A DNA stretch of 41,086 nucleotides from Candidatus Aenigmatarchaeota archaeon (GTDB lineage: Archaea; Aenigmatarchaeota; Aenigmatarchaeia; CG10238-14; SpSt-28), in assembly GCA_018920305.1 (NCBI GenBank), contig JAHLMO010000004.1, forward strand, positions 1 to 41,086. Direction: 5' to 3'. The stretch's first letter is position 1. Each line of letters starts with the position of its first letter. The translations under genes were made by a program, and so were the position numbers. This document shows positions 1 to 7,344 of the stretch, in pieces. The notes under the pieces were generated by a model. That model was not told the DNA's origin and searched no databases. It saw only the letters and a program-made list of their open reading frames with translations.

Positions 1-91
1 AATCAGACTAATGTAGGATTGAAATCAAATGGTTGAAGTTGATCGAATAGTTCAGCATAATGTTAGAATCAGACTAATGTAGGATTGAAAT
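1..91 (+). CRISPR. End (probably trailer end) of a CRISPR array: partial repeat 1-25, 36-bp spacer 26-61, full 30-bp repeat 62-91 (GTTAGAATCAGACTAATGTAGGATTGAAAT)
   Basis: Identical direct repeats AATCAGACTAATGTAGGATTGAAAT at 1-25 and 67-91 flank a unique 36-bp spacer. The repeat begins GTT and ends ATTGAAA(N), typical of type I-B/III archaeal repeats. The array is cut by the window edge and no cas genes are in the window. Confidence 0.88.
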
Positions 92-103
92 AATATATTA
101 TTC

Positions 104-832
104 ATGGAAGGCCCAGGAGTATTAGTAATTAAAGAGAAGTTGGAATTTTTAAAGGGAAAAATCATAGAAAAAGTTTCTGGTAACACAAGAGAAAACAAAG
201 AAAAAATCTTAAATAAAAGAATAGTAGATATTAAGTCTTTTGGAAAGAGGTTAATTTTTGATCTTGAAGATGTTTATCTCATAATTCATTTTTTGATGTA
301 TGGTAGCTTCAGAATAAATGAAAAAGTAGAAAATAGGAAGGAAAGACTACAAATTGTTGTCGAAAACAATGTTATAAACTTTTATAATACTTCTGTTAAG
401 ATTGTAGAAAAGGATAAATTTGATATAGATGAAAGAATTGACGTAATGAGTAAAAAGTTTGATAAAAATTTAGTAAAAGACAAAGTTAAAAGTTACGAGG
501 GTTTTGTTTGTGATGTATTACTAGATCAAAGTATTTTTGCAGGAGTTGGAAACATAATTAAAAACGAAGCACTATTTAGAGCGAAAATTCATCCATTGAG
601 CATAGCAAAGAAATTGAATGAGAATTTGATCGATAATTTAATAGAAGAAGTTGTTAACTTCTCTAACATTTTTTATTTGTGTAGAAAAGAAGGCAAATCA
701 CTAAAAAACTTCATGCTAATATATGGCAAAAGAAGATGTCCATCTTGCAATTCTAAGATAAGAATAGCAAAGCTTGGAAAGTACAACAGAAGAACTTATT
801 ATTGCGAAAATTGCCAAATTATTTATAAATAA
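104..832 (+). CDS. Fpg/Nei-family DNA glycosylase/AP lyase (endonuclease VIII-like)
   Basis: N-terminal EGP, GK(R)L lysine, HFLMYG, H2TH motif LLDQSIFAGVGNIIKNEALF, C-terminal zinc finger CPSC...RRTYYCENCQ. Confidence 0.9.
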   Translation: MEGPGVLVIKEKLEFLKGKIIEKVSGNTRENKEKILNKRIVDIKSFGKRLIFDLEDVYLIIHFLMYGSFRINEKVENRKERLQIVVENNVINFYNTSVKIVEKDKFDIDERIDVMSKKFDKNLVKDKVKSYEGFVCDVLLDQSIFAGVGNIIKNEALFRAKIHPLSIAKKLNENLIDNLIEEVVNFSNIFYLCRKEGKSLKNFMLIYGKRRCPSCNSKIRIAKLGKYNRRTYYCENCQIIYK

Positions 833-838
833 AAAACA

Positions 839-1687
839 TTATTCGAATGTTTTTATCATTCTAATTACTTCTGAACTATTTCGTAATTCATAAGTAGCAA
901 TAGCTATTTTATTAGCAATTTCTTTAGCAACATTTCCTTCGTACTTTCTAATAGTTTTAGCCATTTCAATAACAGCTTCTTTATCTCTTAATCGAGAAGC
1001 AACGATAGCTATTCTCATGGCAATTCCTCTAGCAACATTTCCTTCATATTTTTCAATAGTTTTAGCCATTTCAATAACAGCTTCTTTATCTCTTAATTCA
1101 TAAGCGGTAAGAGCTGTCCAAATAGCAATTTCTCTAGCAACATCTTCTTCATATTTTCTAATAGTATTAACAACTTCATCCGTTCTAAGTATTTTGCTAA
1201 TTTCGGCAATTGCTTTTTCATCTTTTGATTGATAAGCAGCAAAAGCTATTTCACTAGCAATTTCTCTAGCAACACTTCCTTCATACTTTTTAATAGTATT
1301 AACAACTTCATCCATTCCAAGTATTCTGCTAATTTTAACAACTTCATCTTTGTCTCTTATTCGATAGGCAGCATTAGCTATTCTATCAGCGATTTCTTTA
1401 GCAACACTTCCTTCATACTTTCCAATAGTTCTAGCCATTTCAATAATTGCTTCTTTATTTCTTAATTGATAACTGGAAAAAGCTATTTTATTAGCAATTT
1501 CTCTAGCAATATCTTCTTCATATTTTTCGATTGTATCTCTAATTTCTTTGTTAGCTAGTATTTCAATTACTTTTTCATCTTCAAGAATACTTGGACTAAC
1601 ACCTAAATTTTCAAATAATTTTTTTGTTTCGAAAAGTTCTTCAGCGAGTTCTTTATTTTGTTTTTTTGTTGCGTTTTCCCCCATCAT
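839..1687 (-). CDS. Alpha-helical tandem-repeat protein (51-aa N-cap plus six 35/44-aa repeats); short paralog of 1827-4223
   Basis: Repeat consensus TIxKYEGxVAxEIAxxIAxxAYxLRDxxxxxEMAK or ...KISRILGMDEVVN. The N-terminal 51 aa are nearly identical to the adjacent gene. Confidence 0.85.
   Translation of the reverse strand: MMGENATKKQNKELAEELFETKKLFENLGVSPSILEDEKVIEILANKEIRDTIEKYEEDIAREIANKIAFSSYQLRNKEAIIEMARTIGKYEGSVAKEIADRIANAAYRIRDKDEVVKISRILGMDEVVNTIKKYEGSVAREIASEIAFAAYQSKDEKAIAEISKILRTDEVVNTIRKYEEDVAREIAIWTALTAYELRDKEAVIEMAKTIEKYEGNVARGIAMRIAIVASRLRDKEAVIEMAKTIRKYEGNVAKEIANKIAIATYELRNSSEVIRMIKTFE
842..1534 (-). repeat. Coding tandem repeat array, units of 105 and 132 bp (order 35,44,44,35,35,terminal)
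   Basis: Recurring DNA blocks such as TTCAATAACAGCTTCTTTATCTCTTAAT and ATTAACAACTTCATCC; protein periodicity anchored on the KYE motif. Confidence 0.9.
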
Positions 1688-1778
1688 GATAATAGTATCA
1701 AAGATAAAAATATATATTTTTCTGAGTTTGATCCTATGTGTTTTTCTAGTTTTTCGTCACAAGTTTTATCGAACATAA

Positions 1779-1808
1779 TTTAAGTATTTTTCTATATTTC
1801 TTTGTATA
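1779..1808 (-). promoter_or_regulatory. Duplicated upstream element (putative BRE/TATA promoter) of the short repeat gene
   Basis: TTTAAGTATTTTTCTATATTTCTTTGTATA matches 4261-4290 with 3 mismatches. On the minus strand it reads as a purine-rich tract followed by a TATA-like TACTTAAA. Confidence 0.5.
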
Positions 1809-1826
1809 CTTTATTTAGATTTTAGA

Positions 1827-4223
1827 CTATTGACTAATTCTAACGATGTATCCTCTTATTGGTTTTTTTGCCTCGAGATAAGCGCCCGTATTTAATTTCA
1901 TTTCGATTTCTTTTTCTTCTAAATTTTTTCTTTTTAGATAATCTAAGAATTTTCTAGATGTTTCGTTCATAACATTTGTATTAAATATTACAATCTCAAC
2001 TCCCCATTCTTTTGCTCTTTCAATTAAATCTCTATAAACAATTTCAAATATCTCTTCTTTTCTGAATCTTCTATGCCCTTCTATAGAATCAACTAATAGT
2101 TTCTTATCTTCCAAGTAACAAATTGCACTTCCTAATGTTTTATTTCCAATATCGTATTTTATCAATTTAATTCTATCGTCTTTACAATATTTAAGAATTC
2201 CATCTTCCATACGCGCTCCATAAGGAAGATAAACGCAAGCCATTTGTATTCTATTATCATAATCTAAAGGATTCTTACTCTCAACAGCTTTGACAACATT
2301 ACTATTTATATTTACATCTCTATAGTTAATCGCGTTAATAACATCGATTATTGCTTCATTATTCGTTTGTTTTAGTATACTAATTGCTTTTTCATAATTT
2401 TTTTCATTAAAAGCGTTTGCTATTTCTCTAATTAAGTTTCTATAATTTTTATAAAACTCATTTCTTGCCCTATTTACTGTTTTTTCTCCAACAATACTAG
2501 AAATAATTTTTATAGCTTCCTTTTCGAGGTTTTTATTTTTCGAACCAACTATAGCTATAATAGAGTATTTTTCGAGATCTTTTCTACTATAATTCAGAGA
2601 ATTGTCTCCATCTTTTATAGAGAGGGAGTAGTACTTAGGATTTACTTCTTTTGAAATATTTACTAAATTAATAATTTCTTCTCTAAGATGTCTCTGAGTG
2701 CTAAATAATAGCAATAATTGATCATAATTTATATCTTTTTTTAGACCATACTTACTTTTTAGATGATTTAATGCTAAATCTAAATAATTATCTATGTTAT
2801 TTTTTGTTGGTAGTGGAAGCTCTTTATTTGATTTTATGTAAATAGCAATAGCATAAAGATCTTTTTTGTCTCTAACTAAATTATCTAATCCAAGATTGAT
2901 TACTTTATATAATTCGCGACTACTAAAAAAATCAAAAATATCTTCACCAAATTTTTCAGTAAATCTTATTAGTCTAGTTACTTTCGAAGCATCTCTTAAT
3001 TCAGTTATAGCATAAACAATCCTTATAGCGACTTCTTCAGCGGTAACTCCTTTATATTTTTTAATAACATTAACAACTTCATCCATTCCAAGTATTTTAC
3101 CAATTCTAATGGCTTCATTTTCATCTTCTGATTCGTAAAAAGTAGCAACTATTAAATCTACAATTTCTCTAGCAACACTTCCTTCATATTTTCTAATAGT
3201 ATTAACAACTTCATCCATTCCAAGTATTCTGCTAATTTTAGCAACTTCATCTTTATTTCTTGAGGCATGAGCTGCAGCGCCAATCCATATAGCAACTTCT
3301 TCAGCAGCAACTCCTTCATATTTTCTAATAGTATTAACAACTTCATCCATTCCAAGTATTCTGCTAATTTTAACAATTTCATCTTTATTTCCTAGCTCAT
3401 AGGCAGAAATAGCTATTCTATAAGCGATTTCTTTAGCAATGCTTCCTTCATATTTTTCAATAGTTCTAGCTATTTCAATAAGTGCCTCTTCATCCCTTAA
3501 TTCATAAGCAGTGGTAGCTATTCTATCAGCGATTTCTTTAGCAATGTCTTCTTCATATTTTCTAATAACATTAACAACTTCATCCATTCCAAGTATTCTG
3601 CTAATTTTAACAATTTCATCTTTGTCTCTTAATAGATAAGCAACAAAAGCTATTTTATTAGCAATTTTTCTAGCAACATTTCCTTCATATTTTTCAATAG
3701 TTCTAGCTATTTCAATAAGTGCCTCTTCATCTCTTAATTCATAAGCAATACGAGCTATCCAATCAGCAACTTCTCTAGCAACACTTTCTTCATATTTTCT
3801 AATAACATTAACAACTTCATCCATTCCAAGTATTCTGCTAATTTTAACAACTTCGTCTTCGTTTCTTAATATATAGGCAGCATTAGCTATTCTATCAGCG
3901 ATTTCTTTAGCGGGAGAACCTTTATATTTTCTAATAGTATTAACAACTTCATCCATTCCAAGTATTCTGCTAATTTTAACAACTTCATCTTTATTTCTTA
4001 TTCGATGAGCAGCAATAGCTATTCTAGCAGCAATTTCTTTAGCAACATCTTCTTCATATTTTTCGATTGTATCTCTAATTTCTTTGTTAGCTAATATTTC
4101 AATTACTTTTTCATCTTCAAGAATACTTGGACTAACGCCTAAATTTTCAAATAATCTTTTCGTTTCGAAAAGTTCTTCAGCGAGTTCTTTATTCTGTTTT
4201 TTTGTTGTGTTTTCTCCCATCAT
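1827..4223 (-). CDS. Large alpha-helical repeat protein: N-cap, nine 35/44-aa repeats, helical middle region and C-terminal GNAT-like domain
   Basis: ORF track gives 1827-4238 (GTG start). The start is more likely the ATG at 4223 (MMGEN), matching the paralog. The C-terminus has a GNAT-like pattern: LLVDSIEG...IFEIVYRDLIERAKEWGVEIVIFNTNVMNETSRKF. Confidence 0.85.
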   Translation of the reverse strand: MMGENTTKKQNKELAEELFETKRLFENLGVSPSILEDEKVIEILANKEIRDTIEKYEEDVAKEIAARIAIAAHRIRNKDEVVKISRILGMDEVVNTIRKYKGSPAKEIADRIANAAYILRNEDEVVKISRILGMDEVVNVIRKYEESVAREVADWIARIAYELRDEEALIEIARTIEKYEGNVARKIANKIAFVAYLLRDKDEIVKISRILGMDEVVNVIRKYEEDIAKEIADRIATTAYELRDEEALIEIARTIEKYEGSIAKEIAYRIAISAYELGNKDEIVKISRILGMDEVVNTIRKYEGVAAEEVAIWIGAAAHASRNKDEVAKISRILGMDEVVNTIRKYEGSVAREIVDLIVATFYESEDENEAIRIGKILGMDEVVNVIKKYKGVTAEEVAIRIVYAITELRDASKVTRLIRFTEKFGEDIFDFFSSRELYKVINLGLDNLVRDKKDLYAIAIYIKSNKELPLPTKNNIDNYLDLALNHLKSKYGLKKDINYDQLLLLFSTQRHLREEIINLVNISKEVNPKYYSLSIKDGDNSLNYSRKDLEKYSIIAIVGSKNKNLEKEAIKIISSIVGEKTVNRARNEFYKNYRNLIREIANAFNEKNYEKAISILKQTNNEAIIDVINAINYRDVNINSNVVKAVESKNPLDYDNRIQMACVYLPYGARMEDGILKYCKDDRIKLIKYDIGNKTLGSAICYLEDKKLLVDSIEGHRRFRKEEIFEIVYRDLIERAKEWGVEIVIFNTNVMNETSRKFLDYLKRKNLEEKEIEMKLNTGAYLEAKKPIRGYIVRISQ
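2955..4070 (-). repeat. Coding tandem repeat array (order 44,44,35,44,35,44,44,44,terminal), including a 237-bp higher-order duplication
   Basis: TTAACAACTTCATCCATTCCAAGTATT recurs in all six 44-aa units. 3443-3510 and 3680-3747 are near-identical at 237-bp spacing. Confidence 0.92.
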
Positions 4224-4260
4224 GATATATGTTATCACGAATTGATAGTATAAAATTAAA

Positions 4261-4290
4261 TTTAAATATTTTTCTATATTTTTTTATATA
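4261..4290 (-). promoter_or_regulatory. Putative BRE/TATA promoter of the long repeat gene
   Basis: Minus strand AGAAAAATATTTAAA about 38 nt upstream of ATG 4223; a copy lies at 1779-1808. Confidence 0.5.
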
Positions 4291-4319
4291 GAAATTCTAT
4301 AAATATTTTTATTGAAAAA

Positions 4320-4580
4320 ATGAGCAAAGAATTGATTGAAGAAGCAATCGAAAAATATAACAAATATAGGAGTCCGGAAGCAACAGCTAGGCTAGTGTAT
4401 TATCAAGAAGATAAATTTTTGGTGGAATTTAGTGGTTACTTTTGTCTCACTTGTGGCTATTATGACTATTTTGAGGACCTAATATACATCTTAAAGGAGA
4501 TGGGATTGAGAGCCAAGACAGAAAAAATAGAAGAAAAAGAGAACAATATTACTTTAGTTACATTTATTTTACTCAAATAA
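4320..4580 (+). CDS. Small archaeal CxxC protein (NifU-C-terminal-like pattern), function unknown
   Basis: YNKYRSPEA and VEFSGYFCLTCGYYDYFEDL motifs. Confidence 0.7.
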   Translation: MSKELIEEAIEKYNKYRSPEATARLVYYQEDKFLVEFSGYFCLTCGYYDYFEDLIYILKEMGLRAKTEKIEEKENNITLVTFILLK

Positions 4581-4644
4581 TATTTAGAAATGTGTAGGAT
4601 AGAATGATAAACTATATATAGACTTTTTAAATTATTTTTAATAA

Positions 4645-5283
4645 ATGGTCACAACTAAAAGATATACACTTCCACATCTACCATATGCATATAATGCTCT
4701 AGAGCCCTATATAGCAGAGGAGATTATGAAGCTTCATCACCAAAAACATCATCAATCTTATGTGATTGGAGCAAATACTGCTTTAGAAAAACTAGAAAAG
4801 TTTAGGAGGGGCGAAATTCAACAAATTGACATTAGAGCAGTTTTAAGAGATTTGTCTTTTCATCTTAATGGTCATATACTACATTCTATCTTTTGGCCAA
4901 ACATGGCTCCAAATGGCAAAGGTGGTGGTAAACCTGGTGGTAGAATAGGAGATTTTATAGATAAGTTTTTTGGTAGTTTTGAAAAATTTAAAGAAGAATT
5001 TTCACTAGCTGCTAAAAATGTAGAGGGCGTTGGATGGGCTGTTTTGATATATGAACCACTAGAGGAGCAGCTACTTATTCTACAGATAGAAAAACACAAC
5101 TTAATGCATATAGCAAGTGCACAAATACTACTAGCGCTAGATGTATGGGAACATGCATATTATTTACAATATAAAAATGATCGTAGCTCATATGTTGACA
5201 ATTGGTGGAATGTTGTAAATTGGGAAGATGTAGATAAGCGTCTTGAAAAAGCTTTGAACGGTCATCTAGCATTGAAAATATAG
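4645..5283 (+). CDS. sod: Fe/Mn superoxide dismutase
   Basis: LPYAYNALEP, HHQKHH, NGHILHSIFW, DVWEHAYY metal-ligand motifs. Confidence 0.98.
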   Translation: MVTTKRYTLPHLPYAYNALEPYIAEEIMKLHHQKHHQSYVIGANTALEKLEKFRRGEIQQIDIRAVLRDLSFHLNGHILHSIFWPNMAPNGKGGGKPGGRIGDFIDKFFGSFEKFKEEFSLAAKNVEGVGWAVLIYEPLEEQLLILQIEKHNLMHIASAQILLALDVWEHAYYLQYKNDRSSYVDNWWNVVNWEDVDKRLEKALNGHLALKI

Positions 5284-5316
5284 CTTTTAAAATTTATCAC
5301 TCTTAAATAATAAATA

Positions 5317-6006
5317 ATGGAAAATAGAAAATATAATCCGCCATCTATGAGAAAAATGTTAGATATAGTTAATTACTTATTCGAAAATAATAGTGATATT
5401 CTTATGAGTTTAATAGGTAGTCTATCTATACAAGGTTTCTTATCGAAACGCCAAACTAGATGGGTTTCCGATATTGATATAGTAGTTAAGGATAAGAACT
5501 ATGCAGAAAAACTCATTAGAAGATATGAAGATAGTGAATATCAAACTTACTATAATCAAAATTTAGACAAATATGCTATCTATAATCGGGAAAGAGGTAT
5601 TCACATAGATGTTTATCCAGGAAAGATAGGTAAATACAACTTCGATGGAAATTTTTGGAATAGAATTATTTGTCCTGAAGGTTATTCTTTTTGTTATGCA
5701 TCGCCAGAGGATTTAATTTCAATTAAACTTTATGCTTATATAGATTCGAGTAGAGGAAAATATAAACATCTCGTAGATATATACACAATAATTTTGGGAA
5801 AAGCTAATATAGATGTTCTCTATCTAGCTGAAAGAATAAAATATTTGGGTAAAGTTTTAGGTGTTGAAGCAAAATACATTTTAGAAATTTTGGGTGAGGA
5901 AAAAGAAAATATATACTCATTATTTAGATTGAGAGAAATTAGAATGCTTAAAGAGAAAATTTCCCATATATTGGATAGATTAAAAAAGATGCTTGATAAT
6001 CTATGA
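5317..6006 (+). CDS. Pol-beta superfamily nucleotidyltransferase (AbiEii-toxin-like architecture)
   Basis: LIGS...R..SDIDIVV motif, third acidic residue in HIDVY, and C-terminal PEDLISIKL...R..KHLVDI helices. Confidence 0.7.
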   Translation: MENRKYNPPSMRKMLDIVNYLFENNSDILMSLIGSLSIQGFLSKRQTRWVSDIDIVVKDKNYAEKLIRRYEDSEYQTYYNQNLDKYAIYNRERGIHIDVYPGKIGKYNFDGNFWNRIICPEGYSFCYASPEDLISIKLYAYIDSSRGKYKHLVDIYTIILGKANIDVLYLAERIKYLGKVLGVEAKYILEILGEEKENIYSLFRLREIRMLKEKISHILDRLKKMLDNL

Positions 6007-6068
6007 TTTGTTTTGTTATGTATTAATAATCGTTAAAAAAATATCGTAGCAGAATATTCTAAATATTC

Positions 6069-6662
6069 TTACTCTAATTTGGCTAAAAACTTTCTAATAA
6101 ATTCTTTATTTTTTAACCAATCGTTAATTATTTTTTCTTTTAAACTTGGATTATATAATGCACTTGCTGGATGAAACATTGGCAAGACAAAATAATTCTT
6201 AAATTCAAAAACTTTTCCATGTATACTCATATTGACAAATTTTTTTCCATTTTTTTCAAAAATATATTTTGTTGCGATTTCTCCTAATGTAATTATAAGT
6301 CTTGGTTTTATAACTTCTATCTGTTTGTCTAAATAATTAGAAGTACATATGAAAATTTGATGTTCATTTGGCTTATTATTTGGTGGAATACATTTAACAA
6401 CATTTGTTATATAAACTTCTTCTCTTTTTATTCCAACAAGATTTAATAATTCATTAAGAAATTTACCAGCAGCACCAACGAAAGGTCTGCCTTGAATATC
6501 TTCGTCTTTTCCAGGTCCTAATCCAATAAGCATTATTTTAGAATTTATATTACCTTCTCCAGGCACAGCATTTTTTCTTATTTTATATAAATCACATAAT
6601 TTGCAAATCTTTATTTTTTCGTTTATTTCGCTAATTAATTTTTCTTTAGGATTTAAATCCAT
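6069..6662 (-). CDS. udg: Uracil-DNA glycosylase, family 4 ([4Fe-4S])
   Basis: CKLCDL, VPGEGN, GLGPGKDEDIQGRPFVGAAG, TNVVKCIPP, HPASALY. Confidence 0.93.
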   Translation of the reverse strand: MDLNPKEKLISEINEKIKICKLCDLYKIRKNAVPGEGNINSKIMLIGLGPGKDEDIQGRPFVGAAGKFLNELLNLVGIKREEVYITNVVKCIPPNNKPNEHQIFICTSNYLDKQIEVIKPRLIITLGEIATKYIFEKNGKKFVNMSIHGKVFEFKNYFVLPMFHPASALYNPSLKEKIINDWLKNKEFIRKFLAKLE

Positions 6663-6696
6663 AAGAATGTCTATATTTTTTATTTTAATTATAATT

Positions 6697-7344
6697 ATGA
6701 GAGTTTTTGAAATAAAAAATGTAAAAATAGAATGGCTTGGTCATGCTAGTTTTAGAATTTATAACGATTTAATTTTATATTTCGATCCATACATTTTAGA
6801 TACAAATCCGAAAAAAGCAGATTTAATTTTTGTTTCACATGATCATTTTGATCACAAAGATGATGAAAATATAAAAAAGTTAATGAGAGAAGATACAATA
6901 ATTGTTGGTCCAGAATGTGTAACAAAAGATTATAAAAATTCAATTACTTTAAAACCATATGATGAAAGAGAAGTTAAAGGAGTAAAAATTAAAGCATTTC
7001 CATCCTATAATCCACAAAAACCATTTCATCCAAAAGAAAAAGAATATTTAGGTTTTATTGTAAATTTCCATAACGTAAAAATTTATCATCCAGGAGATAC
7101 AGAGTTAATAGAAGAGATGAAAGAGTTGAGAAAAGAAAATATAGATGTAGCTTTGTTGCCTATAGGAGGAACTTATGTTATGGATGTTGATCAAGCACTA
7201 AAAGCTATAGAATACATACTTCCTAAATATGTTATACCAATGCATTTTGGAAAGTGGAGAAACATTGAGTTAAAAGCTGATGTTGAAAGATTTAAAAAAG
7301 AATCAAAAGTTGAAGTGATAGTTTTAAAGCCTTTAGGTAAATGA
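6697..7344 (+). CDS. Metallo-beta-lactamase-fold hydrolase (UPF0173/UlaG-like)
   Basis: WLGHASF, DPY, SHDHFDH, GDT, LPIGG, PMH. Start taken at ATG 6697 because the ORF-track start overlaps udg. Confidence 0.9.
   Translation: MRVFEIKNVKIEWLGHASFRIYNDLILYFDPYILDTNPKKADLIFVSHDHFDHKDDENIKKLMREDTIIVGPECVTKDYKNSITLKPYDEREVKGVKIKAFPSYNPQKPFHPKEKEYLGFIVNFHNVKIYHPGDTELIEEMKELRKENIDVALLPIGGTYVMDVDQALKAIEYILPKYVIPMHFGKWRNIELKADVERFKKESKVEVIVLKPLGK

Noticed and set aside
26-61. Self-targeting by the CRISPR spacer
   Set aside because: No matching protospacer was noticed in the window by eye. An exhaustive alignment was not possible.
842-4070. Diversity-generating retroelement acting on the repeat genes (variable codons are mostly NNT/NNA, as if derived from AAT/AAA)
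   Set aside because: There is no reverse transcriptase and no non-coding template repeat in the window, and third-position A/T is expected in this AT-rich genome. A remote DGR cannot be excluded without the full genome.
842-4070. Second CRISPR array suggested by recurring ~27-45 bp identical blocks
   Set aside because: The blocks are in-frame parts of 105/132-bp coding repeats, and the intervening sequences are homologous to each other rather than unique spacers.
839-4223. Calling the repeat proteins TALE, PPR or Cas proteins
   Set aside because: They have no TALE (LTPxQVVAIAS) or PPR consensus and no recognisable Cas motifs. Only the design principle is analogous.
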